DNA from: Candidatus Moraniibacteriota bacterium
Lineage (GTDB): Bacteria > Patescibacteriota > Minisyncoccia > Moranbacterales > UBA1568
DNA: 64,000 nucleotides
Assembly (NCBI GenBank): GCA_016699425.1
Contig: CP064975.1
Span: forward strand, 386,979 to 450,978
Direction of reading: 5' to 3'
The position numbers and the translations under genes were made by a program. The notes beneath the pieces are model-generated. The model saw nothing but the letters and a program-made list of their open reading frames with translations. It was not told the origin of the DNA and ran no database searches. Below are positions 49,547 through 58,307 of this stretch, in pieces (position 1 is the first letter of the stretch; each line of letters opens with the position of its first letter).

Positions 49547-49915
49547 TCAGTCCTTCACCTTCAACGGATTGGTCACCGGCATGGAGCATGGCGCTTGGCC
49601 GCCGCAAGGACAAAGCTTGCCGAACTCGTTCAGCGCGGCTTGGACGGAGGGCCAAGACTTCGGCGAAGCAGCGTTGATCTTGGCGACGTTGACCTTTTCT
49701 TGCAAGTAGCGTGGTTGTTTGGTAAGGCTGACCGTTGCCGACAAGATGACCAGCATCGTCTCGTGGGGTTCCTTGTCGAAGACCGAGGCCTTATAGTTGC
49801 TGATGTTGCCAGCGCCGATACCGGCCGCACGGCAGATGGCCTCGTCAGTCACATCCTGCGCCAGGGCAGTGGCGGACACGAGGGCGAGGGCGGCGATGAT
49901 AAAGAGCTTGAGCAT
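49547..49915 (-). CDS. Small secreted Cys-containing protein, paralog B (122 aa)
   Basis: Start at MLKLFIIAALALVSATALA. It is about 65-70% identical to paralog A, sharing the same ICRAAGIGAGNISNYKA and NEFGKLCPCGG blocks. Confidence 0.6.
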   Translation of the reverse strand: MLKLFIIAALALVSATALAQDVTDEAICRAAGIGAGNISNYKASVFDKEPHETMLVILSATVSLTKQPRYLQEKVNVAKINAASPKSWPSVQAALNEFGKLCPCGGQAPCSMPVTNPLKVKD

Positions 49916-49935
49916 GGAAACCTCCAGTTGTTGAT

Positions 49936-49989
49936 GCCGATGAGAATTCATCGGACTGCATATGATAGCACGTTTTGTGCCATCAGTCA
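49936..49989 (-). promoter_or_regulatory. Sigma70 promoter (TTGACT-N17-TATCAT) plus 5'-UTR hairpin of paralog B
   Basis: Minus-strand read: TTGACTgatggcacaaaacgtgcTATCATatgcagtCCGATGAattcTCATCGGcatcaacaactGGAGGtttccATG. Confidence 0.55.
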
Positions 49990-50083
49990 AACTAAAAAGT
50001 GGCTTTATAGAGCCGTAGTTTTCACTTATTTCTCACCTTGTACTAGTCTTTTTCTGTTACTAGTGAGGCCTGTGTAGGATAGG

Positions 50084-50261
50084 GCGGAGGGCTTTGATGC
50101 GCTCGAAGGTCTGGAAGCACAGCGTGCAGGACCGAGAGAATGATCTCGCGGGCAGCCCCCCGAGGTATACGGTGCGCAAGCATCCGCGGAGCCGACCTTG
50201 AAATACGCCCCGGGCGTCAAAAGGTGACCGGCATGTCGAGTTGGATGTGCCGTTTTTTTTT
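50084..50261 (+). ncRNA. Candidate small RNA (copy 2). It is part of the second ~255-bp conserved module (50063-50320).
   Basis: About 95% nucleotide identity to copy 1, including the identical terminator ccggcatgtcgagttggatgtgccg plus T9 at 50228-50261. Confidence 0.35.
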
Positions 50262-50275
50262 ACACAAAAAGAAAA

Positions 50276-50297
50276 CGACCCTCTTGTAGGCGGGGTC
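50276..50297 (-). terminator. Intrinsic terminator of the secreted-protein gene at 50335-50853 (minus strand)
   Basis: Same hairpin as at 49486-49508, followed by a U-tract. Confidence 0.45.
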
Positions 50298-50334
50298 ATT
50301 ATAGCGTCGGTTGACGCAGCCTATTGCTGCATGG

Positions 50335-50853
50335 CTACCAGGTGGGTACGAACCTGGCCAGCCCAATGGTGTCCAATTTCACGTAGTGGACATAGATTTT
50401 GTGGAGGATGTTCGGAACCTTAATGACGTCATTTCGCCAGTTACGTGATGTCACTGGGTTAATCTCAGCTTGCACGAAGACGCCGTTGCCGTACAGGTTG
50501 CCGGGACCACACTTTGCCTGAATGTGGACGGTTTCGGGCACGCCAATGACATCAACGAAACAACGCCCGGTGCGGTCGGTTTGACGACGGATTTCGTTCG
50601 TGCTTTCAGGAACCTTCGTCCAGTCGTTTCCGACAATCACCCAGCCGTCTTTGGCAAAGGCGGCCTGGATGTCCTTGAATGCAAACTCGACTGCGTTTCT
50701 GTCGGCTTTCGGACTGTCCAGGCGATAGCTCACGGTGATTTCCGGCATCCCCTTCTTCGAGAGGAGTGCGTAGTTGTCCGTGTCTTCGGCATGCGCGCAG
50801 GAAGTGACGATCGACAGCAGGGTGACGAATAGCGTGGTAAGGAACTTGGACAT
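50335..50853 (-). CDS. Secreted/possible lipoprotein, hypothetical (172 aa)
   Basis: Signal peptide MSKFLTTLFVTLLSIVTSCAHA, with a possible lipobox Cys. Its promoter and leader are like those of the two paralogs. Confidence 0.55.
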   Translation of the reverse strand: MSKFLTTLFVTLLSIVTSCAHAEDTDNYALLSKKGMPEITVSYRLDSPKADRNAVEFAFKDIQAAFAKDGWVIVGNDWTKVPESTNEIRRQTDRTGRCFVDVIGVPETVHIQAKCGPGNLYGNGVFVQAEINPVTSRNWRNDVIKVPNILHKIYVHYVKLDTIGLARFVPTW

Positions 50854-50886
50854 GGAAACCTCCGATTAGGTTGGTGCCGACGAGGA

Positions 50887-50941
50887 ATTCATCGGACAAC
50901 ACATGGTAGCATAAAACGTGCTATCAGTCAATATAAAAAGA
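50887..50941 (-). promoter_or_regulatory. Sigma70 promoter (TTGACT-N17-TACCAT) plus 5'-UTR hairpin of the third secreted-protein gene
   Basis: Minus-strand read: TTGACTgatagcacgttttatgcTACCATgtgttgtCCGATGAattccTCGTCGGcaccaacctaatcGGAGGtttccATG. Confidence 0.5.
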
Positions 50942-50966
50942 GGCTTATTGAAGCCGTAAATTTCAC

Positions 50967-52892
50967 TTATTTTTCGGTTCGTTCAAAGATAGCGGCGGTT
51001 TGGCTGGTGTAGAGCTTGGAGAAGGAGTCGGATTTCTCGAACTGCGCCTTGTCGTACTCGGGGTTCACGACGAGATAGCGGACCTCGGTCGTTTTGAAGC
51101 AGGCTTCGCCGAAAGCGGTGTTGGGCGTCGAGATCATCGCGAGGGTGCAGCGCTCACGGCGATTGCCGCCCTCTTCGTAGCGGCCAAAGAGTCCGCGCGA
51201 GAGTGGATAGCCATAGTCGCGGTGGAAGGAGAGCTTCATCCAGGCGTCGGCGGAGAGGTAGTTGTGGTCCTTCAGGATCATGGCGCCATCGGCGTGGTCG
51301 GCCAGGTAGCTAGTCGCCGCAAAGGTCTGGACGAGTTCCTTTGAGCGGTCCTTGGTGCTGAGCGAGCTCGCATTGTCGAAAGAGCCCGAGCCGACGAGGA
51401 AGACGAGGATAGCAGCGGTCGCGAGCATTCGGAAATCCACTGGGAGGTTTGATCGACTCCAGAGCGCGCCAGCGAGCCAGGTGAGTGCGAAAGCGGCCGC
51501 GAGCGCGAGCGGATAGGCCAAGTAGCTCCCGATGCGGCTCGAAGGGATATCGAGGAGGAGAAGATGCGGATACATGGCCATGACGAGGAGGATGCCGCCC
51601 CAGCCGATGACAAACCCGCTCTCGATCGGTCGGCGGCGGACGAAGCCAAGCACGAGAAGAATGCCAAAGACTCCGAGCGCGACTTTTCCCATGCCGATGG
51701 AGTTCGAGACTTGGAAGAAGGAAAGCCCGGTGCGCGTCGTTTTGGTCGGGGTGCCGATAGCGGAATCGATCGCGGCGGTATCGAGATAAGTCGGGAGCAG
51801 GGCGAATCCCATGAAGAGTCCGGCGAGGAGGAGGACTGATAGTACTGCTGGAGAGAAAGCGAGGCGAAGCCAATCACGGAGGAAGTTACGCTTGCTCATC
51901 ATGAGGCCGAGCGCCGTGATGGCGATCGTGCCAGCGAGGATGAATGCCAGGACAAGGGTCGAGAGATGATGAGTGTAGGCGAGGATGAACGCGAAGAACA
52001 GCCCAACCGCGATGAAGACCGAACGTCGCTCATGGAGCCCGCGATAGAAGAGGAGTAGCACCGCCGGGATGAAGAGATTGCCAAAGAGATTGCCCACGAC
52101 GCCGCCAGTCACGAATTTCGCCTGGGGTGAGGCCAAGGCGAAGAGCGGCCCGAGGATGAGGAGAACAAAGAGTGCGACATACTCGGGACGGATGTCTTTC
52201 TCGAACGGCTGCGCGACGCGAAACGCGAGCGCTGTCACTGCGAGGACGGAGAGGAGATTGATGATATGCAGGAAGAGAATCGGGAACGCGCTCGTGAAGT
52301 CGAGGCTCGAAAGTTCGGAGAGAAACGCGAGCGGGAGATGTTCGCCGATGATGAAGTCAGCGATACCGCGGGGCGGGGCGACGGTTGCCGTGCCAGTCGC
52401 GGGATCGACGACGATCTCGATTTTTTCGTAGTTTGGGAGGGCTTTGGTCTCGCGGATCATCTCGGACCAGTAGACATGATGGCCGAGGTCGGTCGCGGTG
52501 GGGAGGATGTTTGGCGCGAGATAGATGGTACGAATGAGAAGGGTCAACGCAAAGAGCACGAAGAAAATACGAAGGCCGTTTTTCGTGAAAGTCGGCACGG
52601 GATCGTTTATAGTCCCGGCAAGGGGCTTCTTCGCCCAGAGTATCGCTCCACCCAAGAGGATAAGGAAGACAAGTGAACTGCCGACATACGGGAGCGAGAG
52701 CGGGAGACCGAACCGTCCGAGGAGGAGCATGATGAGATCGATCGCTGCGAGGCTCGTGAGGAAGCTGAAGACGATCTCTTCTAATCCAGAGAACACGCGG
52801 CTGAAAATCGCGCGCCACCAGATGAAACCGGGGACGAAGAAAGCGCCGATGAGGGCGAGGAGGAATGCGGCGGTATGGAGGAGTGCGTCCAT
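50967..52892 (-). CDS. Large polytopic membrane protein (641 aa), possibly a GT-C-like glycosyltransferase or polymerase
   Basis: About 14 TM segments followed by a C-terminal soluble domain. No diagnostic motif. Confidence 0.45.
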   Translation of the reverse strand: MDALLHTAAFLLALIGAFFVPGFIWWRAIFSRVFSGLEEIVFSFLTSLAAIDLIMLLLGRFGLPLSLPYVGSSLVFLILLGGAILWAKKPLAGTINDPVPTFTKNGLRIFFVLFALTLLIRTIYLAPNILPTATDLGHHVYWSEMIRETKALPNYEKIEIVVDPATGTATVAPPRGIADFIIGEHLPLAFLSELSSLDFTSAFPILFLHIINLLSVLAVTALAFRVAQPFEKDIRPEYVALFVLLILGPLFALASPQAKFVTGGVVGNLFGNLFIPAVLLLFYRGLHERRSVFIAVGLFFAFILAYTHHLSTLVLAFILAGTIAITALGLMMSKRNFLRDWLRLAFSPAVLSVLLLAGLFMGFALLPTYLDTAAIDSAIGTPTKTTRTGLSFFQVSNSIGMGKVALGVFGILLVLGFVRRRPIESGFVIGWGGILLVMAMYPHLLLLDIPSSRIGSYLAYPLALAAAFALTWLAGALWSRSNLPVDFRMLATAAILVFLVGSGSFDNASSLSTKDRSKELVQTFAATSYLADHADGAMILKDHNYLSADAWMKLSFHRDYGYPLSRGLFGRYEEGGNRRERCTLAMISTPNTAFGEACFKTTEVRYLVVNPEYDKAQFEKSDSFSKLYTSQTAAIFERTEK

Positions 52893-52896
52893 AATA

Positions 52897-54027
52897 TTAG
52901 TGCGTGTTGGTTACGCTTTTCACGAAGTCTTCGAGAAGCGCAGCATAGCGTTGGCTGATGATCGACCAATGAAAGTGTTCCCGTGTATAGCGAGCCGATC
53001 GTTCGCCGAAAGCCTGACGTTTCTGCTCATCAGTGAGGAAGGTGTTGATTTTCTGCACGAAGTCCGCGGCATTTCCCGCCTCGGCAAAGACGCCGTTCTC
53101 ACCATCCACGACAGCTTCCTGAAGTCCTTCCAGACGGGAGACGACGATCGGGAGGCGGGAGATGCTCGCTTCGAGGACCGAAATACCGAACCCTTCCATG
53201 GTCCCTGGGACGGGGATATTGGGCGCGACGGCGACATCGGCTGTGTGGAGGAGGAGTTGGACGTCTTTTCCGGGAAGATTCATGAGGAGGATGACCCGAT
53301 CCTGCAGACCAAGCTCTCGGACGGCCTGTTCGCAGCGCGGGAAGAAACTCGTGTCACCCGGGACGCCTTTTTTGGCGACTCCACCCGCAGCGACGAAGAG
53401 CACTGACACGGGGAGCTTCGGCATGACATTTCGGATAAACCATTCGACGCCCTTGTGTTCGACGAAGCGGCCCAAGCGGAGGATGATCTGCCGGCCGGCG
53501 ATGTCTCTTCCAAGGAGTTTTTCCAGTTCTGTCCGTTCATATTCACCGGCAAAAGTCTCGGGATGGATGCCGTTTGGAATAACGAAAGCACGTTCGGGCG
53601 CGATACCGATACGGAGGGCGACTCGTTTCGTTTCCTGACTCACGCAAATAACACCATCGAGGGCGCACAGCGAAGGAAAGTGAAAGAATCGGTAAACGCG
53701 CGGCAGGAAGCCTGACTTTTCGGCAAAGGTGAGATCGAGGCCATGGACGACTGATACGACTGCTTTTCGTGGAAAGAAAATTTTCGCGATAGCACCAAGT
53801 GGCGCGAGGACACCGTCACCGAGGAGGAGGGCATCATGACTTGGGAGGAGGAAGAGAGTTTTGACGAGCGCGAATGGAAAAAATATCGGAAGGAAACTCT
53901 TCCCGCGGCGGTTGGCGATGAGAGTCAGCTCGCACTGACCCCCAAGAAAACGGGCGAGGTCAGCATTCTGCTGCTCGATACCGCCGATGGTCGGTGGGAA
54001 CGCACGTGAGACGAAGAGAATACGCAT
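52897..54027 (-). CDS. Glycosyltransferase family 4
   Basis: MRILFVSRAFPPTIGGIEQ… and a GT-B C-terminal domain. Confidence 0.85.
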   Translation of the reverse strand: MRILFVSRAFPPTIGGIEQQNADLARFLGGQCELTLIANRRGKSFLPIFFPFALVKTLFLLPSHDALLLGDGVLAPLGAIAKIFFPRKAVVSVVHGLDLTFAEKSGFLPRVYRFFHFPSLCALDGVICVSQETKRVALRIGIAPERAFVIPNGIHPETFAGEYERTELEKLLGRDIAGRQIILRLGRFVEHKGVEWFIRNVMPKLPVSVLFVAAGGVAKKGVPGDTSFFPRCEQAVRELGLQDRVILLMNLPGKDVQLLLHTADVAVAPNIPVPGTMEGFGISVLEASISRLPIVVSRLEGLQEAVVDGENGVFAEAGNAADFVQKINTFLTDEQKRQAFGERSARYTREHFHWSIISQRYAALLEDFVKSVTNTH

Positions 54028-54044
54028 ACATTCTGAAAAATCAA

Positions 54045-54608
54045 TTAGGAAGCGTTTTCTATGATCTTCCAGATATAAGCTAGGGTTTCTGGAGGGTTGA
54101 GATTATCCGTCTTGATAATGATTGCGTCCTTTCTTGTTGTAAGAAATTCTTTCATGGCATTGTGGAATTCGATAACAGTCGTAGGGGTAACTGATCCATC
54201 TGGTCGAAAACCCCTCTTTTCAGCACGCTTCATCAGTGTATCCTCATCAGCCATAAGAATGAATTCGAAAAAAATCCCGCCTTGTGCCAATGTTACAGAT
54301 CGATAGATATCGATTGCTGATGCCATTTCTCCATAAGAAGGTTCATCAAAGAGCATCTTATCAATTACGACATCGAAACCGTCAGATACAGCTTCTTCAA
54401 GAATACGTTTTGTGAATTTTCGCGCAACCGGGTAGCTTATTTCTGGGAATTGCTTTCTAGAAGTTATCAGATGTCGAATCTCATCTATATTGATTCGTAT
54501 GCACGGCTGAGGAAGCTTTTTGCATAAGAGCTCAACAAGCGTTGTCTTCCCGACCGCCCCAGGTCCGTTTATCAGGATAACACGAGGTATTCTATTGGTC
54601 TTTGTCAT
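54045..54608 (-). CDS. P-loop small-molecule kinase-like protein (AAA_33/chloramphenicol-phosphotransferase/zeta-toxin-like)
   Basis: Walker A ILINGPGAVGKTTL. Its 187-aa size and single-domain layout are typical of small-substrate P-loop kinases. Confidence 0.55.
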   Translation of the reverse strand: MTKTNRIPRVILINGPGAVGKTTLVELLCKKLPQPCIRINIDEIRHLITSRKQFPEISYPVARKFTKRILEEAVSDGFDVVIDKMLFDEPSYGEMASAIDIYRSVTLAQGGIFFEFILMADEDTLMKRAEKRGFRPDGSVTPTTVIEFHNAMKEFLTTRKDAIIIKTDNLNPPETLAYIWKIIENAS

Positions 54609-54623
54609 AAAATAATCAGAAAC

Positions 54624-55097
54624 TCATTTTAGGCCTGAGATTTTTCTCAGATATTCTTGCTTCTTTTCTGTCTTTCCGCTTGTCAATGATTGTTCGTAGC
54701 AAGAGATGAGATCGGCTCTGCTCATAAACAGCAGTGGAGTGTCATTTATCAGTCCCTTAATAAGGGATTCCTTTTTCAGTTTGAGATTCTTTATGTCATG
54801 GAAACTGAGTTTGTTCCCTAAGTAGAACACACGTAAAGAAGCCGGTGATGGCTCAATGATGAACTGAGTAGTATTACTGATCGCTTTTTCGATTTTTGGA
54901 AACCATTCCGAGGGAACAATAAAATCTATATCTCCGATAATGATATCTTGATCGCCTGAGTAGAATGCGTAGGCGACGCTTCCGTATACGATTGCAGCAG
55001 CCTGAAGCCCCGGGCAATTCCCATAAAGCAGACAAACACCTTCGAGCATCGTGTCGAATGCCTCTGCATTTTTTGGTCGGTATATCCTATCGCTCAT
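54624..55097 (-). CDS. Pol-beta superfamily nucleotidyltransferase-domain protein
   Basis: NTase signature YGSVAYAFYSGDQDIIIGDIDFIV (GS…hDhD). 157 aa. Confidence 0.5.
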   Translation of the reverse strand: MSDRIYRPKNAEAFDTMLEGVCLLYGNCPGLQAAAIVYGSVAYAFYSGDQDIIIGDIDFIVPSEWFPKIEKAISNTTQFIIEPSPASLRVFYLGNKLSFHDIKNLKLKKESLIKGLINDTPLLFMSRADLISCYEQSLTSGKTEKKQEYLRKISGLK

Positions 55098-55105
55098 GAT
55101 TGAGG

Positions 55106-56059
55106 CTATTTCCCGTAGCGTTCCTTCTTTAGCTGGTACATCAGGTCTTCGGTGAGGCGGCGGCTCGTTTTGATCATGTCGGCGATGAAGGCGAAGACGA
55201 GGAGCTGCATGCCGATGAGGAAGGTGACGCTCGTGAAGAGGAGGTAATTGAGGTAGGGCGTCACTTTGAAGCCGTGCGAGAAGTACTGGAACAAGAAGAC
55301 AGCGAACGAGAGAAGCGCCAGAGCAATCAGTACCAGCCCGGGGATGCCGAAGAACTTCATCGGTCGGACATCGCGGACCGCTTTGACGATGATGCGGGCG
55401 CTATTGTTGACGAAGCTGTAGACACTTTTGACGATCTTGGATTTCCGGTCAGCGAAATAGGTGACCTGAACCGGGACCCAGAGGACACGCAGGTTCTTGC
55501 CGATCGCATCGATGATGGTCTCTTGGGTATAGGTGAAGCCGGTCGGGTTATTCAGCCGGAGGAGCGTCTCGCGGCTGTGGGCCCGGAAGCCACAGGTGAG
55601 GTCGGTCGTTTTGACGTTGAGGAAAGAACCGACAAGGCTGGCGCCGAGGCGGTTCAGAGTGTCTTTAATCCACGGAATATTCTTGGCACTCGACTCTGAG
55701 AAGCGATCACCTACGACCATATCCGCTCGATTGTTCAAAATCGGATCAATCAGTTTCTGAATTTCCTTCGCATCGAATTGCCCATCGGCGTCGATGTTCA
55801 CCATGATGTCCGCACCTTCCTTGAGGGCGTTTTCACTGGCCGTGGCGAACATGACTCCCAGCCGGCGATTGATACCATGGCGGAGAACAAAGTCAGCACC
55901 CGCTTCCTTGGCGACATCCGCCGTCCGATCCGACGATCCGTCATCCACGACCTGGACAAAGGCCTCGTCGATGCCGGTATAACTCCTCGGCATATTGCGG
56001 ATCGTGTTCCCGATGACGGACTCCTCGTTGTAAGCGGGGATGTTGATGATGAGACGCAT
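55106..56059 (-). CDS. GT2 polyprenyl-phosphate glycosyltransferase (DPM1/GtrB-like) with C-terminal TM helices
   Basis: MRLIINIPAYNEESVI…QVVDDGSSDRT and two C-terminal TM helices. Confidence 0.8.
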   Translation of the reverse strand: MRLIINIPAYNEESVIGNTIRNMPRSYTGIDEAFVQVVDDGSSDRTADVAKEAGADFVLRHGINRRLGVMFATASENALKEGADIMVNIDADGQFDAKEIQKLIDPILNNRADMVVGDRFSESSAKNIPWIKDTLNRLGASLVGSFLNVKTTDLTCGFRAHSRETLLRLNNPTGFTYTQETIIDAIGKNLRVLWVPVQVTYFADRKSKIVKSVYSFVNNSARIIVKAVRDVRPMKFFGIPGLVLIALALLSFAVFLFQYFSHGFKVTPYLNYLLFTSVTFLIGMQLLVFAFIADMIKTSRRLTEDLMYQLKKERYGK

Positions 56060-56193
56060 ACCCGGTCAGTAGAACTTCGACAGTGTATTTCATTTCTACA
56101 CCTTCGAAGTTGTATTAAATATTTAGAGACCTCCGGAATCCTGCTAGAGCTAGTTTATACATCAGTGGTCGAAGTTTCACTGCCGGACATAGT

Positions 56194-56433
56194 TTATTTT
56201 TTATGGATGAGGAGCTCCAGGTCGAAGCATTGCCACTGGCACTTTTCCTTCGCACCCTCCAGACCAGTCTTCACGAGATCGTTCTGGCACTGGCGGAGCA
56301 CTTTCTCGCACACGGCTTTGCGGTCAGAGAAATATTCCCAGTTCACGCTATAGCCCATGAAGGTGAGCACGAAATACACCACGACGGCCATACCCGCGAG
56401 CCAGATCAACAATCGCACGAGGCCGAAGATCAT
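56194..56433 (-). CDS. Small membrane protein, hypothetical (79 aa)
   Basis: One or two TM segments, with four Cys in the C-terminal half. It lies between the dehydrogenase and the GT2 gene. Confidence 0.35.
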   Translation of the reverse strand: MIFGLVRLLIWLAGMAVVVYFVLTFMGYSVNWEYFSDRKAVCEKVLRQCQNDLVKTGLEGAKEKCQWQCFDLELLIHKK

Positions 56434-56438
56434 AGTGG

Positions 56439-57722
56439 TTAGGCGCGGCCGATGCCGTGATAGCGGATCCCGTGACGGGCGAATTCGGCCTTGCTGAAGG
56501 CGTTCTTCCCATCGATGAACACCTTCACCCCGTGCTGTTTCAGGAGTTCCGGCGTGATGCCTTCACGGAACTCACGGTGGTCAGTTGCGAGGATCACGGC
56601 GGTTGATTTCTTCAGGAATCCAGCGAGCGTCTTTTCCGTTGAATGAGCCGGGACATGCGGGTCATGGGTGATGACATTCGCTTTGTGGCGCTTCAGTGCC
56701 GAAATGATTTTCAGCGCCGGGGATTCGCGGAGGTCATCGATGTTGGCTTTGTACGCGACCCCGAGGACGCCGACCGTCGTGCCATTCACTGCTAGCTTTT
56801 CATCGTTCAGCGCGTCTTGGAGTAGCTCGACGGCATACGCGGGCATGCTGTTGTTGATCTCGCGAGCGATTTTCAGAAAGCGGTGATCGAAGCCAGACTG
56901 CTTGGCGCGTTCGATCAGGTAATAGGGGTCGACGGGGATGCAGTGGCCACCGACTCCACAGGAAGGGTAATGCGCCAGGAAAGCGAAGGGCTTGGTCGCC
57001 GCTCCATCAATGACGTCTTTCGTATCGATACCGAGGACGTCAAAGGACTTGGCCAGCTCATTGACGAAAGCAATATTGATATCGCGGAAGGAGTTCTCGA
57101 CGATCTTCACTGCCTCGGCTTCTCGGATGGACTTCATCGGTCGGATTTCTCCGTCGACGATGGATTGATAGAAGTCGAGCGCCTTGGCGAGACCGGCTGC
57201 ATCAAAGGAGCCGACGACCCGCGGGATATTGGTCACATTCCACTTCGCATCACCAGGATTAATCCGCTCCGGACAGTGAGCGATGAAGACGTCCTTGCTG
57301 ACTTTTTTGCCCTGCTTTTCGAAGATGGGTCGGACGATTTCTTCGGAAACACCCGGGTTGACGGTGGATTCCAGGACAACCAGCGCGCCTTTCTTGGCCT
57401 GGCGGGCGACAAGCTCGGAGGCACTGATAACGGGTGTGAGGTCGGGATAATACGATTCATCGACGGGAGTGGGGACGCAGATGAGGAAGATATCAGCCTT
57501 TTTGAGCTCTTTCTCGTCCGAGGTGGGGCGGAATTTGAAGTGGCCGATGTTTTCTTTCAGGAAGGGGTCTTCGATCGGAGAGACTCCTTTTCGGAGAAGC
57601 GCGATCTTTTCCTTACTCGTATCGAAGCCGATCACATCATAGCCACGCTCGCTCGCACGCAGAGCCAAAGGGAGTCCGACATAGCCGAGACCGATGACTG
57701 CGACTGTTTCCTTCTTCGCCAT
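56439..57722 (-). CDS. Nucleotide-sugar dehydrogenase (UDP-GlcNAc/ManNAc 6-dehydrogenase-like; WecC/TviB/WbpA family)
   Basis: VAVIGLGYVGLPLAL…GFDTSKEKI is the UDPG_MGDP_dh N-terminal domain. It is a paralog of, and distinct from, ugd at 30635. Confidence 0.85.
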   Translation of the reverse strand: MAKKETVAVIGLGYVGLPLALRASERGYDVIGFDTSKEKIALLRKGVSPIEDPFLKENIGHFKFRPTSDEKELKKADIFLICVPTPVDESYYPDLTPVISASELVARQAKKGALVVLESTVNPGVSEEIVRPIFEKQGKKVSKDVFIAHCPERINPGDAKWNVTNIPRVVGSFDAAGLAKALDFYQSIVDGEIRPMKSIREAEAVKIVENSFRDINIAFVNELAKSFDVLGIDTKDVIDGAATKPFAFLAHYPSCGVGGHCIPVDPYYLIERAKQSGFDHRFLKIAREINNSMPAYAVELLQDALNDEKLAVNGTTVGVLGVAYKANIDDLRESPALKIISALKRHKANVITHDPHVPAHSTEKTLAGFLKKSTAVILATDHREFREGITPELLKQHGVKVFIDGKNAFSKAEFARHGIRYHGIGRA

Positions 57723-57811
57723 AGACAGAGAATAAGAGTGAAAGTTAACAATGCCCGTATTCTACGGAAAAATGGCTTGTTTGACAAGTTGTACTGGCTT
57801 CATCCGTCCTC

Positions 57812-57877
57812 TGGACAAGAGTGGCAAAAGATGCTATAGCGGCCAGTCCGATGAATCCTCATCGGCATGACAACGGA
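57812..57877 (+). promoter_or_regulatory. Promoter (TGGACA-N17-TATAGC) plus 5'-UTR hairpin of the 57878 gene. It matches the leader motif of the secreted-protein genes.
   Basis: Plus-strand read: TGGACAagagtggcaaaagatgcTATAGCggccagtCCGATGAatccTCATCGGcatgacaacGGAGGgtttgagATG. Confidence 0.45.
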
Positions 57878-58183
57878 GGGTTTGAGATGGCGAAAGATCT
57901 TGGTTTCGTTAAGCTGCGTCAGGGGAAGGAAAACCTGGTTCTGGAAATCCACCCCATTAGTTCCATGCAAGTCGTATGTCACCGGTTTCTGCAAGACACG
58001 CCCCACTTGATGCAAGTGGAAGTCGGGTCGCAAGTCTTTCCCGTCCCAATTGAAACCGTCAGGCGTCACTTGACGCTGGGGCAGATGGTGAGTGGGTACT
58101 TCGTTACCTACTGCGGGTCTTTGACTGATCCAGTCTGTGTCTCAGCTGATTTCTTTCCGACGCCTGAGCCGTCAGTGGACTAG
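57878..58183 (+). CDS. Hypothetical protein (101 aa)
   Basis: ORF preceded by a GGAGG ribosome-binding site and the conserved leader hairpin. Confidence 0.4.
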   Translation, partial: GFEMAKDLGFVKLRQGKENLVLEIHPISSMQVVCHRFLQDTPHLMQVEVGSQVFPVPIETVRRHLTLGQMVSGYFVTYCGSLTDPVCVSADFFPTPEPSVD

Positions 58184-58307
58184 TGGTCCAAGGCTCTCGT
58201 AAATTCGCCCTCGTTGCATCGCAGCGGGGGCAATTCTTTTTTGTCCTACATTGGCTTTCCCTTGGGGGGAAGGGTAAGATAGCGGTAGAGCTATCAAGGG
58301 TTTATGT

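Noticed and set aside
49206-49655. Minus-strand ORFs 49206-49655 (149 aa) and 50060-50299 (79 aa) that share ~50 identical residues (…PPTRGSFSFCVKKNGTSNSTCRSPFDARGVF…RLRGCLRT…SRSCTLCFQTFER…)
   Set aside because: Their similarity comes entirely from the duplicated non-coding module. They run through two back-to-back terminator hairpins and have no ribosome-binding site. Their composition is Arg/Ser/Cys-rich in the way of translated GC-rich structured DNA. They are not genes.
57723-58307. Possible tRNA or other structured RNA in the 57723-58307 intergenic stretches
   Set aside because: No cloverleaf or GTTCGAATCC-type T-arm was found. The stretches are better explained by a promoter plus leader hairpin for the 57878 gene and by the HD gene's TTGGCT-N17-TAAGAT promoter.
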